The position numbers were made by a program, and so were the translations under genes. A stretch of 64,000 nucleotides of DNA from Micavibrio sp. (GTDB taxonomy: Bacteria; Pseudomonadota; Alphaproteobacteria; Micavibrionales; Micavibrionaceae): the NCBI GenBank assembly GCA_021604545.1, contig BQJE01000001.1:43444-107443 (forward strand), in the 5' to 3' direction. Below, in pieces: positions 56,069-64,000 of this stretch (its first letter is position 1; each line of letters starts with the position of its first letter). The notes below the pieces were generated by a model. The model had not been told where the DNA came from, did not search any database, and saw only the letters and a program-made list of their open reading frames with translations.

Positions 56069-56184
56069 TTATAGTCGCCTTTATAGATGCGAACAACGCG
56101 ATGCGTTGCTTCGCCCCCTTTTTCCTTCAGTTCGTTCCAGAGAAAAAAGTTTTGGGCCTCGTTATGTTTTTGTTTTTGCTTCAT
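56065..56184 (-). CDS. Unlisted 39-aa ORF translationally coupled to pgsA
   Basis: My hand translation is MKQKQKHNEAQNFFLWNELKEKGGEATHRVVRIYKGDYK*. Its TGA overlaps the pgsA ATG (ATGA). AAGGAA lies upstream. Confidence 0.35.
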   Translation of the reverse strand: MKQKQKHNEAQNFFLWNELKEKGGEATHRVVRIYKGDYK

Positions 56185-56316
56185 TTTAAAAAAATTCCTT
56201 CAGTTCGTATCGTCATAGGCTCTGTCCTTTTGTTGTACGCGTCTTTGTCTACAAATTCAAAGAAGACAGCATAGGACATTATTCCTTTTTTGTAAAGGTA
56301 GGAAGGCATCTTTACA

Positions 56317-56433
56317 GCGGAGGCGCAGAGGACGCAAAGGGTTATTACCAAAAATATACTCTGCGTGCTTTGTGTTGAATGTTTTAAAATTCACTGGGTT
56401 GCCGCGGCCTTGCGGCCTCGCAATGACGTGGGG
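56317..56433. repeat. Cluster of short dispersed repeats (ctctgcg-type and ...ctcgcaatgacg-type)
   Basis: gcggaggcgcagaggacgcaaagg and ctctgcgtgctttgtg resemble 2829-2843. gggttgccgcggccttgcggcctcgcaatgacgtgggg resembles 2361-2393. Confidence 0.5.
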
Positions 56434-56485
56434 AATGGCAAAGACTTTGTCTCTTTGGTCCTTTGCGTCAAAGGTTGTGTAATGC

Positions 56486-56764
56486 CTAGATGACTGTTGG
56501 TGGTTCCACTCCTGCCTTTTGAAAGGCGGATACAATTATATCTGGAGAATCTACTAGCTCAGACTGTGGCTCAGATCCCGGGTCAGTCCATTCAGGGTTA
56601 CTAGAGGCAAGGATGACACTACGCTTTCCCCGACCCTTGATTTCTGTAACCTGGTGAGATGCGTGTTCGCCAAAATGAGCCAAAGTAATTGTACGCCCAA
56701 TCATATCCCTTGCTGTTATAGCTTTAACAGCGCCGCTATCCTTATCTATTACGATGCTGGTCAT
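56486..56764 (-). CDS. 92-aa hypothetical protein downstream of ctrA
   Basis: I chose the start at MTSIVIDKD, which is preceded by a strong GGGAG RBS. No recognisable motif. Confidence 0.5.
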   Translation of the reverse strand: MTSIVIDKDSGAVKAITARDMIGRTITLAHFGEHASHQVTEIKGRGKRSVILASSNPEWTDPGSEPQSELVDSPDIIVSAFQKAGVEPPTVI

Positions 56765-56863
56765 GACGTTCTCCCTAATATAATAAAGAGATAAAATTAC
56801 CATAACATTATTGTAATGTCAAATCACACAAGATATAGGCAGTTATATTAGAGTTTCCGAGGC

Positions 56864-57577
56864 CTAAGCGTTCACAGCTTCCTGCTGTTTTTTCTTTTCT
56901 TCTTCCGGGTCGCGCAGGACGTAGCCTCTGCCCCAGACGGTTTCGATATAATTGGCGCCTTCTGTTACATCGGCCAGTTTCTTGCGCAGCTTGCAGATAA
57001 ACACGTCAATGATTTTTACTTCCGGTTCATCCATGCCACCATAAAGATGGTTCAGGAACATTTCCTTGGTCAGCGTTGTGCCCTTGCGTAAGCTCAGCAA
57101 TTCAATAATGCCGTATTCCTTGCCGGTTAGATGCAGCGGTCTGCCGTCGACTTCGACGGTGCGGGAATCCAGGTTCACGCAGACGCGGCCGGTTTCAATC
57201 ACGCTTTGTGAATGACCTTGGCTTCTGCGGACAATCGCTTGAATTCGGGCGACTAATTCGCGTTTATCGAACGGCTTGGTCAGGTAATCGTCAGCGCCAT
57301 AGCCAAGACCTTTGAGCTTGTTATCAAGCTCGGTCAGACCGGACAGAATAAGAATAGGGGTTTCAACCTTGGCATCGCGCAGATGTTTCAAAACATCGTA
57401 GCCATCCATATCGGGCAGCATCAAATCGAGGATGATAATGTCGTAATCGTAGATTTTGCCGATCTCCATGCCGTCTTCACCCAGATCGGTGGTATCGACA
57501 ATATAACCTTCTGATTTGAGCATCAGCTCGATGGATTTGGCGGTGGAGCTGTCATCTTCGACTAAAAGAACGCGCAT
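56864..57577 (-). CDS. ctrA: Cell-cycle / motility master response regulator CtrA (OmpR family)
   Basis: [25 protein letters not shown]...[17 protein letters not shown]...TKPF is followed by the winged helix [13 protein letters not shown]. It is a near-canonical CtrA sequence. Confidence 0.92.
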   Translation of the reverse strand: MRVLLVEDDSSTAKSIELMLKSEGYIVDTTDLGEDGMEIGKIYDYDIIILDLMLPDMDGYDVLKHLRDAKVETPILILSGLTELDNKLKGLGYGADDYLTKPFDKRELVARIQAIVRRSQGHSQSVIETGRVCVNLDSRTVEVDGRPLHLTGKEYGIIELLSLRKGTTLTKEMFLNHLYGGMDEPEVKIIDVFICKLRKKLADVTEGANYIETVWGRGYVLRDPEEEKKKQQEAVNA

Positions 57578-57620
57578 GGCTTAATCCCCTTGATAGTGAC
57601 GATTACACGAAAAGGCTTTG

Positions 57621-57674
57621 TTAACCTTGGTTAACATCTATATTAACAAATATTAACAAAGTTAACAAATTTAA
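57621..57674. promoter_or_regulatory. Phased array of five TTAAC half-sites plus one TTAA half-site in the ctrA-fliI divergent promoter region
   Basis: TTAAC occurs at 57621, 57631, 57643, 57653 and 57662, and TTAA at 57671. Start-to-start spacings are 10, 12, 10, 9 and 9 nt. Another TTAAC lies at ~57740. Confidence 0.55.
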
Positions 57675-57769
57675 TTTCCAGGCCTATCAATTCCTCAAAT
57701 TGAGGTGGAGGCCGGACCACGGACAGTGTACTGTAAATATAGAGTTTTAACGCTTTATGGGTAATTTTC

Positions 57770-59158
57770 ATGGACAGAATGGCCGACCAGGTAGAAGCCG
57801 CAATTTCGACTCTTCCCGATAAGGAAATATACGGGCAGGTGACGAAAGTGCTCGGCCTTTTGGTTGAAATAGCCGGTTTTACAAGCAATCTCTCTATTGG
57901 CTCGATGGTGCATTTGCGCCCCGATGGCAAGTCGTATATCCCTTGCGAAGTGGTCGGATTTAAAGACGGCCATGCGCTTTTGATGCCTTTTGGTACGCTG
58001 GAAGGGGTTGGGCTCGGCTGTCGGGCTTATATTCAGGAGGGTGATCTGGTGATTACGCCGGATGATCGCTGGCTCGGTCGCGTGATTAACGGTATGGCAG
58101 AGCCGATTGACGGGCTTGGGCAATTGGGGAAGGGCGGGCATCCTGTGCCGCTGCGTAACAAACCGCCGTTGCCGCATTCACGGCAACGCATTGGTGAGCA
58201 GCTGGATCTTGGTGTGCGCTCTGTGAATTCATTTTTGGCAACATGCAGAGGTCAGCGCATGGGGATTTTTTCCGGCTCTGGTGTTGGGAAATCGGTGTTG
58301 TTGTCGATGATGGCGCGTTATACCACCGCCGATGTTTCGGTGATCGGGCTGGTTGGTGAGCGTGGCCGCGAGGTGCAGGAATTTCTTGAAGATGATCTTG
58401 GCGAAGACGGGTTGGCGCGCTCGGTTGTGATTGTTGCGACGGGTGATGAGTCTGCCTTGATGCGCAGGCAGGCGGCTTATACGACGCTGGCTGTGGCCGA
58501 GTATTTCAGAGATCAGGGTAAACAAGTGTTGTGTCTTATTGATTCCGTTACAAGATTTGCGATGGCGCAGCGCGAGATTGGTTTGTCTGCCGGTGAGCCG
58601 CCAACATCGAAAGGATATCCGCCAACAACATTTGGCGAGTTGTCGCGGCTTCTTGAACGCGCCGGGCCGGGCGCGCCGGGGCAGGGCTCTATTACGGGAT
58701 TGTTTTCCGTGCTGGTCGAGGGGGATGATCACAACGAACCGATTTCCGATTCCGTGCGCGGGATTGTCGACGGGCATATTGTTATGCGCCGTGAAATTGC
58801 CGATCGCGGGCGCTACCCGGCGATTGATGTGTTGAAATCGATCTCGCGTTCGATGCCGGGATGTTTTAATGACTGGCAAAATGCGGTGATAAGACGTGCG
58901 AAGCAGATTGTAACAACGTACGAAGATATGGCTGAATTAATACGGCTCGGCGCGTATCGAAAAGGCAGCGATGCCGCGGTGGATGAGGCGATTGCCATCT
59001 ACCCGCAAATTGAGGAGTTCCTGCGCCAGCACAAGGATGAATCAACAAGCATCGATAAAAGCTTCCAACTTCTGGCCGGGATTTTGGGCGTGGCGCAGGA
59101 GGAGGATTTTGGTTTGGTGGATGATGGTATGGGTGATAAGGGAATGAGTGATGGCTGA
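57770..59158 (+). CDS. fliI: Flagellum-specific ATP synthase FliI
   Basis: It has Walker A GSGVGKS and Walker B LLIDSVTR. The F1/T3SS-ATPase core is RYPAIDVLKSISR. Confidence 0.95.
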   Translation: MDRMADQVEAAISTLPDKEIYGQVTKVLGLLVEIAGFTSNLSIGSMVHLRPDGKSYIPCEVVGFKDGHALLMPFGTLEGVGLGCRAYIQEGDLVITPDDRWLGRVINGMAEPIDGLGQLGKGGHPVPLRNKPPLPHSRQRIGEQLDLGVRSVNSFLATCRGQRMGIFSGSGVGKSVLLSMMARYTTADVSVIGLVGERGREVQEFLEDDLGEDGLARSVVIVATGDESALMRRQAAYTTLAVAEYFRDQGKQVLCLIDSVTRFAMAQREIGLSAGEPPTSKGYPPTTFGELSRLLERAGPGAPGQGSITGLFSVLVEGDDHNEPISDSVRGIVDGHIVMRREIADRGRYPAIDVLKSISRSMPGCFNDWQNAVIRRAKQIVTTYEDMAELIRLGAYRKGSDAAVDEAIAIYPQIEEFLRQHKDESTSIDKSFQLLAGILGVAQEEDFGLVDDGMGDKGMSDG

Positions 59159-59579
59159 TCTCAATCCCCTTATCCGCGTGCGCAAACATGTCGTTGAACA
59201 GAAACAAAAATTTCTGGCCGAGCTGTACCGGCAGGCGGAAGAGCTGGAGAACCAGAAAAAAACTTTACTAGATCAATTGACCGAAGAGCGTGAGAAGTCC
59301 GCTGAAATGGATTCAGCGGAAATGATGGGTTATTTCGGGCGCTACGCCGATGCGGTCAAGGACCGGGTGAAAGATATTGATGACGCGGTGGCGAAGCTGG
59401 AAACGCGCATTGATATTGCGCGCGATGATATGCGCAATGCTTTTGCCGAGCTGAAAAAGATTGAAATCACGCAGGATCGTCGTGAAGAGGAAGAGCAGGC
59501 TGAAATTGATAAGAAAGAATCCGATGAGCTGGATGAGATCGCGCTGGAGGGTTACCGGCGCAAGGTGGATGAGGGTTAG
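59151..59579 (+). CDS. fliJ: Flagellar export chaperone FliJ
   Basis: The ~142-aa coiled-coil protein lies immediately after fliI and overlaps it. LIRVRKHVVEQKQKFLAEL is typical of FliJ. Confidence 0.75.
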   Translation: MADLNPLIRVRKHVVEQKQKFLAELYRQAEELENQKKTLLDQLTEEREKSAEMDSAEMMGYFGRYADAVKDRVKDIDDAVAKLETRIDIARDDMRNAFAELKKIEITQDRREEEEQAEIDKKESDELDEIALEGYRRKVDEG

Positions 59580-59911
59580 GGCCCAAATTCTTGATTTATT
59601 TCATAAACAGGCATTCCAGCGACACCTTCTGTCTGTTTAAAGAAACCTGATTCAACAAGACTTTGGGCGATAGGCTTTACATCGGTTAAACGAACGCCGG
59701 AGAATATTGCTATTGATTCGGCATATATTTTACCTTCATGCCAAACCGTTGCCTTAACTTTTTTCTCCGGTGTATCTATTCCCTTTGAGAAAGACAATTT
59801 TAACTGGTTTGGTATGTGCCTAACTGTTTCGCAGTGCTTGGGGTCATAGACTTTCAAAGGCCGAAATAATTCCCTTGCATATTCTCGTAATGTTTCTTTA
59901 AAACTAGGCAT
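59576..59911 (-). CDS. 111-aa hypothetical protein
   Basis: The ORF is convergent with fliJ, with a 4-nt overlap of stops. No motif recognised. Confidence 0.45.
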   Translation of the reverse strand: MPSFKETLREYARELFRPLKVYDPKHCETVRHIPNQLKLSFSKGIDTPEKKVKATVWHEGKIYAESIAIFSGVRLTDVKPIAQSLVESGFFKQTEGVAGMPVYEINQEFGP

Positions 59912-59949
59912 ATCTTATTAATATGTTTGTCGATTAAATATGTCAAGGC

Positions 59950-61917
59950 TTAGGCAGAAACGCCCAGCGTCTGCTCCGTCGGGATCACCTGCACCCATTG
60001 TTCGGGGCGGTTTTGGAAGGATAGCTCGCCGGCCAGCTGGGTTTGGCCCAAAGCGCCGCTATAGGTGCGTTTCATTTCCCTCTGCATCGCTTGGCTGAAC
60101 GGGGTTTCGGCGCGGACAATTAAATCGAGTCGTGTGGTGCGGAACAACCCATCCAACTGCACCTTTCCCATCTGGCTCAAATTCAAATCAAAAATAAAGC
60201 GTGTTTGTCTGGTTTTTTCCTGTTCATCACTATCGCCGCCGCCATCCTGTTTGTAGTACAGCGCCATTTTGTGCATCTCGCCTTCCCAGAAATGCGGGAT
60301 GCTCATGCCGCGCCAGTCCTGTGAAATCGGCTCGGCACTGAGGCGGCTCAAAATCGAACCTTCTTGCGTCAGGCGGGAGAGTAAATTTCCTTTGCCGTCG
60401 CGGCGTAAAATATCGATGGTTTTATCACCGAGCCAGCTTGAAATGTCGCCGCTACGCACTGCGGCCAGAAAAAATAACGCTGCCGGGCCGAGCTGCGCCG
60501 GGTTGCTGGCTTGTGGTGTCATATTGCTGAGCACCTGTGCGGCTTGTGGGGATACTTGGGTGAGGGATTGATAAATTTGTTCCAGCACCGGCCATGTTGA
60601 TTCTGGTGTGAGGAAGGCGGCCGGAATCGCTGCGGTGAGTGGTGGTAATGACGTTGAGGTTATCACTGGTAGCGGCGTTTGCGGGGTGAGCTGTATTTGT
60701 GTGCCGATTGGCAAGGTGCTGCCCGGTATTTGGATGACAAAAAGTGGTGCACTTGTATCGCCGGGCAGGGCGAATGAAATCACGGGTAAGTTTTGCTGGA
60801 TAAAACCGACAACATGTGCGGTGTTGCTCACGGGTGTGTTTTGAACGATGGGTGCAGCGTTTGGCGCTGTGATGTTTTGGGTTTGCTGGCCGGGCGGAAC
60901 AATTTGCACATCAGGTTGGGTAATCGCTGTGATGCGTGCTTCAAAAGGTTGTTGTTCTATCGATAGAGCAGGCGGCGTTTGTCCTTGTGCGGCGCTCAGA
61001 ACAATTGGTTGTGTTAATGTCGGTGCCAGGACAAGCGGCGTTAAAAGAGTAAGGGTCTGGGGTGTCAGAACCGATTGCTGCGGCGGGGCGAAGGAGACTT
61101 CCGGGATAATCTGCGGCGTATTGAGGGCCGGTAAGTCCTGAAGCACGGGCTGTAATATTGGCAGTAGGGGCGCAGGCAAAACAGGCTCCGTCTGTACGAG
61201 AGAGAGTATTGGTGTTTGCTGTGGAACCGCCGGGGCCTGCGCCGGGGCCTGCACCAGGGCTCTGATCAGGTTTGTTATCTCCTGCGCCTGCGTTTCCGTC
61301 ACAACAATCTGCGCGGCGATTTCTGTGCGGGCGACGATGCTGCTTTGGATTAATTCAGTGATTGGCTGGACAATATCTTGCGCCAGATTGGCGGCGAGCG
61401 GTAATAGCCTGACGACATCTTGCGGCTGCACGGGTTCGGCTTGTCGTGTGGTTGGTGTCGGCGTGGACGATCGTAGCTCGACATTCACAGGTGTTTCAGC
61501 CGTGCGTGCGCCTTCTTGTGTCGCAGTTTGTGTTTCGGGCGGTGGTGCGTGTCGCTGGTCCACCGGTGTTGGCTCACGGATGACGGCTTGCTGTGGTGGG
61601 TTGCCGGGTTGAATTTCGATGTCGACACGCTGGCCGACTTCCGGGCGCTGGACACGGCCATGCTCGGGGCGGATATTAAATTCACCGTGTTCAGTCCGCA
61701 CACGTACTGAGCCATCGCGATTGTCGCCGACGATTTCGGCCTGCAAACGCACTGGCTTTTTTACATCGTTTAGCTCATTCGGCACGCCGATGAGGCGGAC
61801 CCTTTGCCCGTCATTTTGCTCATTACCGCGCTCAAGGCCGGGAATATTGGTCAGATCGCGCGGGCCGCCACTGCCGTTATTTCCCGGGCCGCCGGGTGGA
61901 AATCCTGAATCGCTCAT
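59950..61917 (-). CDS. Pro/Gln-rich flagellar hook-length-control (FliK)-like protein
   Basis: It has a long P/Q/T-rich linker. The C-terminal pattern FIFDLNLSQMGKVQLDGLFRTTRLDLIVRAETPFSQAMQ resembles the Flg_hook domain. It lies in a flagellar locus. Confidence 0.45.
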   Translation of the reverse strand: MSDSGFPPGGPGNNGSGGPRDLTNIPGLERGNEQNDGQRVRLIGVPNELNDVKKPVRLQAEIVGDNRDGSVRVRTEHGEFNIRPEHGRVQRPEVGQRVDIEIQPGNPPQQAVIREPTPVDQRHAPPPETQTATQEGARTAETPVNVELRSSTPTPTTRQAEPVQPQDVVRLLPLAANLAQDIVQPITELIQSSIVARTEIAAQIVVTETQAQEITNLIRALVQAPAQAPAVPQQTPILSLVQTEPVLPAPLLPILQPVLQDLPALNTPQIIPEVSFAPPQQSVLTPQTLTLLTPLVLAPTLTQPIVLSAAQGQTPPALSIEQQPFEARITAITQPDVQIVPPGQQTQNITAPNAAPIVQNTPVSNTAHVVGFIQQNLPVISFALPGDTSAPLFVIQIPGSTLPIGTQIQLTPQTPLPVITSTSLPPLTAAIPAAFLTPESTWPVLEQIYQSLTQVSPQAAQVLSNMTPQASNPAQLGPAALFFLAAVRSGDISSWLGDKTIDILRRDGKGNLLSRLTQEGSILSRLSAEPISQDWRGMSIPHFWEGEMHKMALYYKQDGGGDSDEQEKTRQTRFIFDLNLSQMGKVQLDGLFRTTRLDLIVRAETPFSQAMQREMKRTYSGALGQTQLAGELSFQNRPEQWVQVIPTEQTLGVSA

Positions 61918-62046
61918 AGCGCGAGTTTAACCTGTTACAAGGGGCCAGGCCATATGGCTGTCATTTGTGGAAAAGATAATGTTTGACAAAGTAGAGCTCT
62001 CTGTACTATGAAAATTCATTAAAATTAGTATTATAAGGGTAAATTT

Positions 62047-62340
62047 ATGGCTTCTTCTGCTTCTACGCTGGCATCTGAACAAAATGTACAGACAGAAACA
62101 AACTTTCAGCAGGCTTTTCGCGTATCTGTTGCTCCCGGCGCGCATCAAAAAAAACATGTGAAGTTTATAGAGAACTATATAAGGAGCAAGAAAAAATGGA
62201 TGCCTATTGAAATAGCAGATTGCAAAAAAGATGGTAGCAAGTGGGCCATTTTTGGATGCCGGCCGGAAGAAACGAATGACCTAAAAGGGATGGGTTATAA
62301 TCTCAAACGCGCTCCCTTTTTTGATGATTTTTGTTGTTGA
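62047..62340 (+). CDS. 97-aa hypothetical protein (AT-rich)
   Basis: An ORF with moderate coding look. No motif recognised. Confidence 0.35.
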   Translation: MASSASTLASEQNVQTETNFQQAFRVSVAPGAHQKKHVKFIENYIRSKKKWMPIEIADCKKDGSKWAIFGCRPEETNDLKGMGYNLKRAPFFDDFCC

Positions 62341-62352
62341 CCGGAGATATTT

Positions 62353-62601
62353 ATGCAGCCTAAGAAAAATATGGATAGAGATTCATTACAAAAATATTTT
62401 CTCGTTGTGACAACGAGTGAGAAAGGTCAGGCCGAGGATCAGGCAATCAGGGCCGAGAAGGACATTTTGCAAAGCGGGGGCTATCGCGTTTTCCCGGAAA
62501 ATTATGGTACATATTTTAGGATGTCTTTTCAGGCAACTTCTGAGGCGGCCGAAAAACTTAAAAAAAAGCACAAGGTCTACATTGATCTTGAACGCCTTTA
62601 G
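62353..62601 (+). CDS. 82-aa hypothetical protein (AT-rich)
   Basis: The ORF begins 12 nt after the previous one. No motif recognised. Confidence 0.35.
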   Translation: MQPKKNMDRDSLQKYFLVVTTSEKGQAEDQAIRAEKDILQSGGYRVFPENYGTYFRMSFQATSEAAEKLKKKHKVYIDLERL

Positions 62602-62611
62602 CCTCTAACGG

Positions 62612-63430
62612 CTAACCCGCCGCCCTCTTACCACCTTCAACAGCTTTCCACACAGCCTTGGCGATGGCCTCAACTTCTTTTGCCGCTTCGGTATTGGGGG
62701 AGCGGGTCAGCAGTGGGGTCTGGTGGCGGATGGTGTCTTTGACTTTCGGATCGACACGGATCATACCGAGCATTGGTGGTTTTAAGCGCAGGAAATTCTC
62801 ACAAGCTTTGAGTAGCGTCTTATAGGTTTTGTCTCCCTCGGCCACGCTCGGTGCCATATTCACAACAATAGAAACATTTCGTGACATCCCTGCGGCATTG
62901 CCGAGTTTGATAAACGCGTAAGCATCGGTGAGCGAGGTCGGCTCGTCCGTGGTGATTAAAATGGTGCGTGCGGCCGTGGCCGAGAGCATACGCACGGTGC
63001 GATCAACCCCAGCGCCTAGATCGGCAATGACGACATCGTAACTGCCCGACACATCGATGAGCTGATCGCGTAGTAGCGAGAGGCGTTGACTGGGTAGGGC
63101 AGACAATGATGCCTGTCCCGAGCGTCCGGCGATCACATCAAAGCCGCCTTCGGGGTATTCCTGTATAACCTTATCGAGGCTAAGGCGGCCACGAATGACA
63201 TCGTTCAAATCGCGCTTGGGCATCAGGCCGAGCTGCACATCAACATTGGCCAGTCCCAAATCACCATCAAAGAGTAAAACTTTTTTGCCCATCTTCGTGA
63301 GCGCATGGGCGAGGGTAATTGAAAACCATGTCTTGCCAACGCCGCCTTTGCCGCTGGCGACAGCAAGGAGGTTGGAGCTTGCGCGGACGCCGCTACCTGT
63401 TGCTGTCTTGGTTTGTGTGTCACTCATCAT
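62612..63430 (-). CDS. flhG: MinD/ParA-family flagellar number regulator FlhG (FleN)
   Basis: It has the deviant Walker A ASGKGGVGKTW and lies next to flhF, with a 4-nt overlap. Confidence 0.85.
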   Translation of the reverse strand: MMSDTQTKTATGSGVRASSNLLAVASGKGGVGKTWFSITLAHALTKMGKKVLLFDGDLGLANVDVQLGLMPKRDLNDVIRGRLSLDKVIQEYPEGGFDVIAGRSGQASLSALPSQRLSLLRDQLIDVSGSYDVVIADLGAGVDRTVRMLSATAARTILITTDEPTSLTDAYAFIKLGNAAGMSRNVSIVVNMAPSVAEGDKTYKTLLKACENFLRLKPPMLGMIRVDPKVKDTIRHQTPLLTRSPNTEAAKEVEAIAKAVWKAVEGGKRAAG

Positions 63431-64000
63431 TGCCGCGTTCCTGTTCGTTTCAACTGCTCAGGCCGTCTTTCCCGATATGCGCCCGGCATCAAAAGTTTTG
63501 ACAGCGCTTGCGGGCTGAGTACCTTCAGTCCATCTGCTACTTTAGGGGTGTTTCCGGCATCGGCAAAGCTTAAAGATCCCTGATGGGAGGCGGCCAGCAA
63601 TCCGCCAAGGCGCCGTGCGATATCAATGCGGGTTGGTAAAAAGCGCGTCGCGCCCAGCGTGGCAAAGACACGAGCGGTTTCACCCATTTCCTCGCTATCG
63701 CCACCCGCGGCCAGCACAAGAATGGGCTCTATATCACGGGCGCCGATCATTTTTGCAATATTGCGTATGTCGTCCTTTTCAAAGGGGTTAAGGCCTTGCG
63801 TATCTATAATTACCTGGTCAAAGCCTTCCATGTCATTCAAAATATGGTTGAGGTCTTCCGGGTTCTCGGCTTTTTTGAGGTCTATATTCAAAAGCCTTGT
63901 GAAAGATTCAAGTTGTTCAATGCCGCCAGCGCGCACGGTATCGGTTGAAATGACGCCGATCTTGAGGCCATTCATCACGCCGCGCGCGGCCATTTTCGCG
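63427..64000 (-). CDS. flhF: Flagellar biosynthesis SRP-type GTPase FlhF, 5'-truncated by the window edge
   Basis: It has the motifs ISTDTVRAGGIEQLESFTRLLNI and IIDTQGLNPF. The frame is open to the window end. Confidence 0.85.
   Translation of the reverse strand, partial: AKMAARGVMNGLKIGVISTDTVRAGGIEQLESFTRLLNIDLKKAENPEDLNHILNDMEGFDQVIIDTQGLNPFEKDDIRNIAKMIGARDIEPILVLAAGGDSEEMGETARVFATLGATRFLPTRIDIARRLGGLLAASHQGSLSFADAGNTPKVADGLKVLSPQALSKLLMPGAYRERRPEQLKRTGTRQ

Noticed and set aside
56257-56535. A 92-aa minus-strand ORF (MYPPFKRQEWNHQQ...) in the repeat-rich spacer.
   Set aside because: It is built from the REP-like and ctctgcg repeats and overlaps the end of the better-supported 56486-56764 ORF. 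It has no RBS.
1-64000. A search for CRISPR arrays, tRNA/rRNA genes, IS elements or transposases, and toxin-antitoxin pairs.
   Set aside because: No regularly spaced direct repeats, no cloverleaf-like conserved tRNA arms in intergenic regions and no DDE/HUH-like ORFs were seen. All intergenic regions are under 300 nt and are accounted for by promoters, terminators or the repeats listed.

Overview
The window is an alphaproteobacterial chromosome segment. The lineage call rests on ctrA, chpT and mipZ. About 85% is coding and most genes are on the minus strand. Core content: a partial HU gene, lepA, purH, a cheA-W-Y-B-R operon, chpT, pgm/galU, mipZ, pepP, rpsU and aqpZ. A roughly 23 kb block of almost gap-free minus-strand genes runs from 56184 down to 33218. 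It carries pgsA, pyrD, an EAL protein, yejA, kdsB, yejB, yejE, an M20 hydrolase, argC-B-D-F-G-H and yejF. The right end holds ctrA and a flagellar locus (fliI, fliJ, a FliK-like gene, flhG, partial flhF). I found no rRNA, tRNA, CRISPR array, transposase or integrase. Several AT-rich orphan insertions interrupt the GC-rich core (about 38-45% versus 55-62% GC in 60-nt spot counts). The most interesting is a six-gene minus-strand operon at 5577-13166 between lepA and purH. It encodes proteins of 207, 1173 and 694 aa with Gly/Ala-rich hydrophobic hairpins, two small acidic paralogs and a 50-aa ORF. It contains three exact copies of ATTAC-N7-CCGTTT and is preceded by a perfect CtrA box. A second island (30021-33221) is a tandem pair of orphan genes with a duplicated promoter/5'UTR and a shared C-terminal module. 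One of the pair carries an HExxHxxxxxH zinc-protease motif. Other observations are a ghost copy of the lepA 3' end, REP-like repeats, two long palindromic elements, a TTAAC array at ctrA, and an uncharacterised P-loop gene heading the arg operon.
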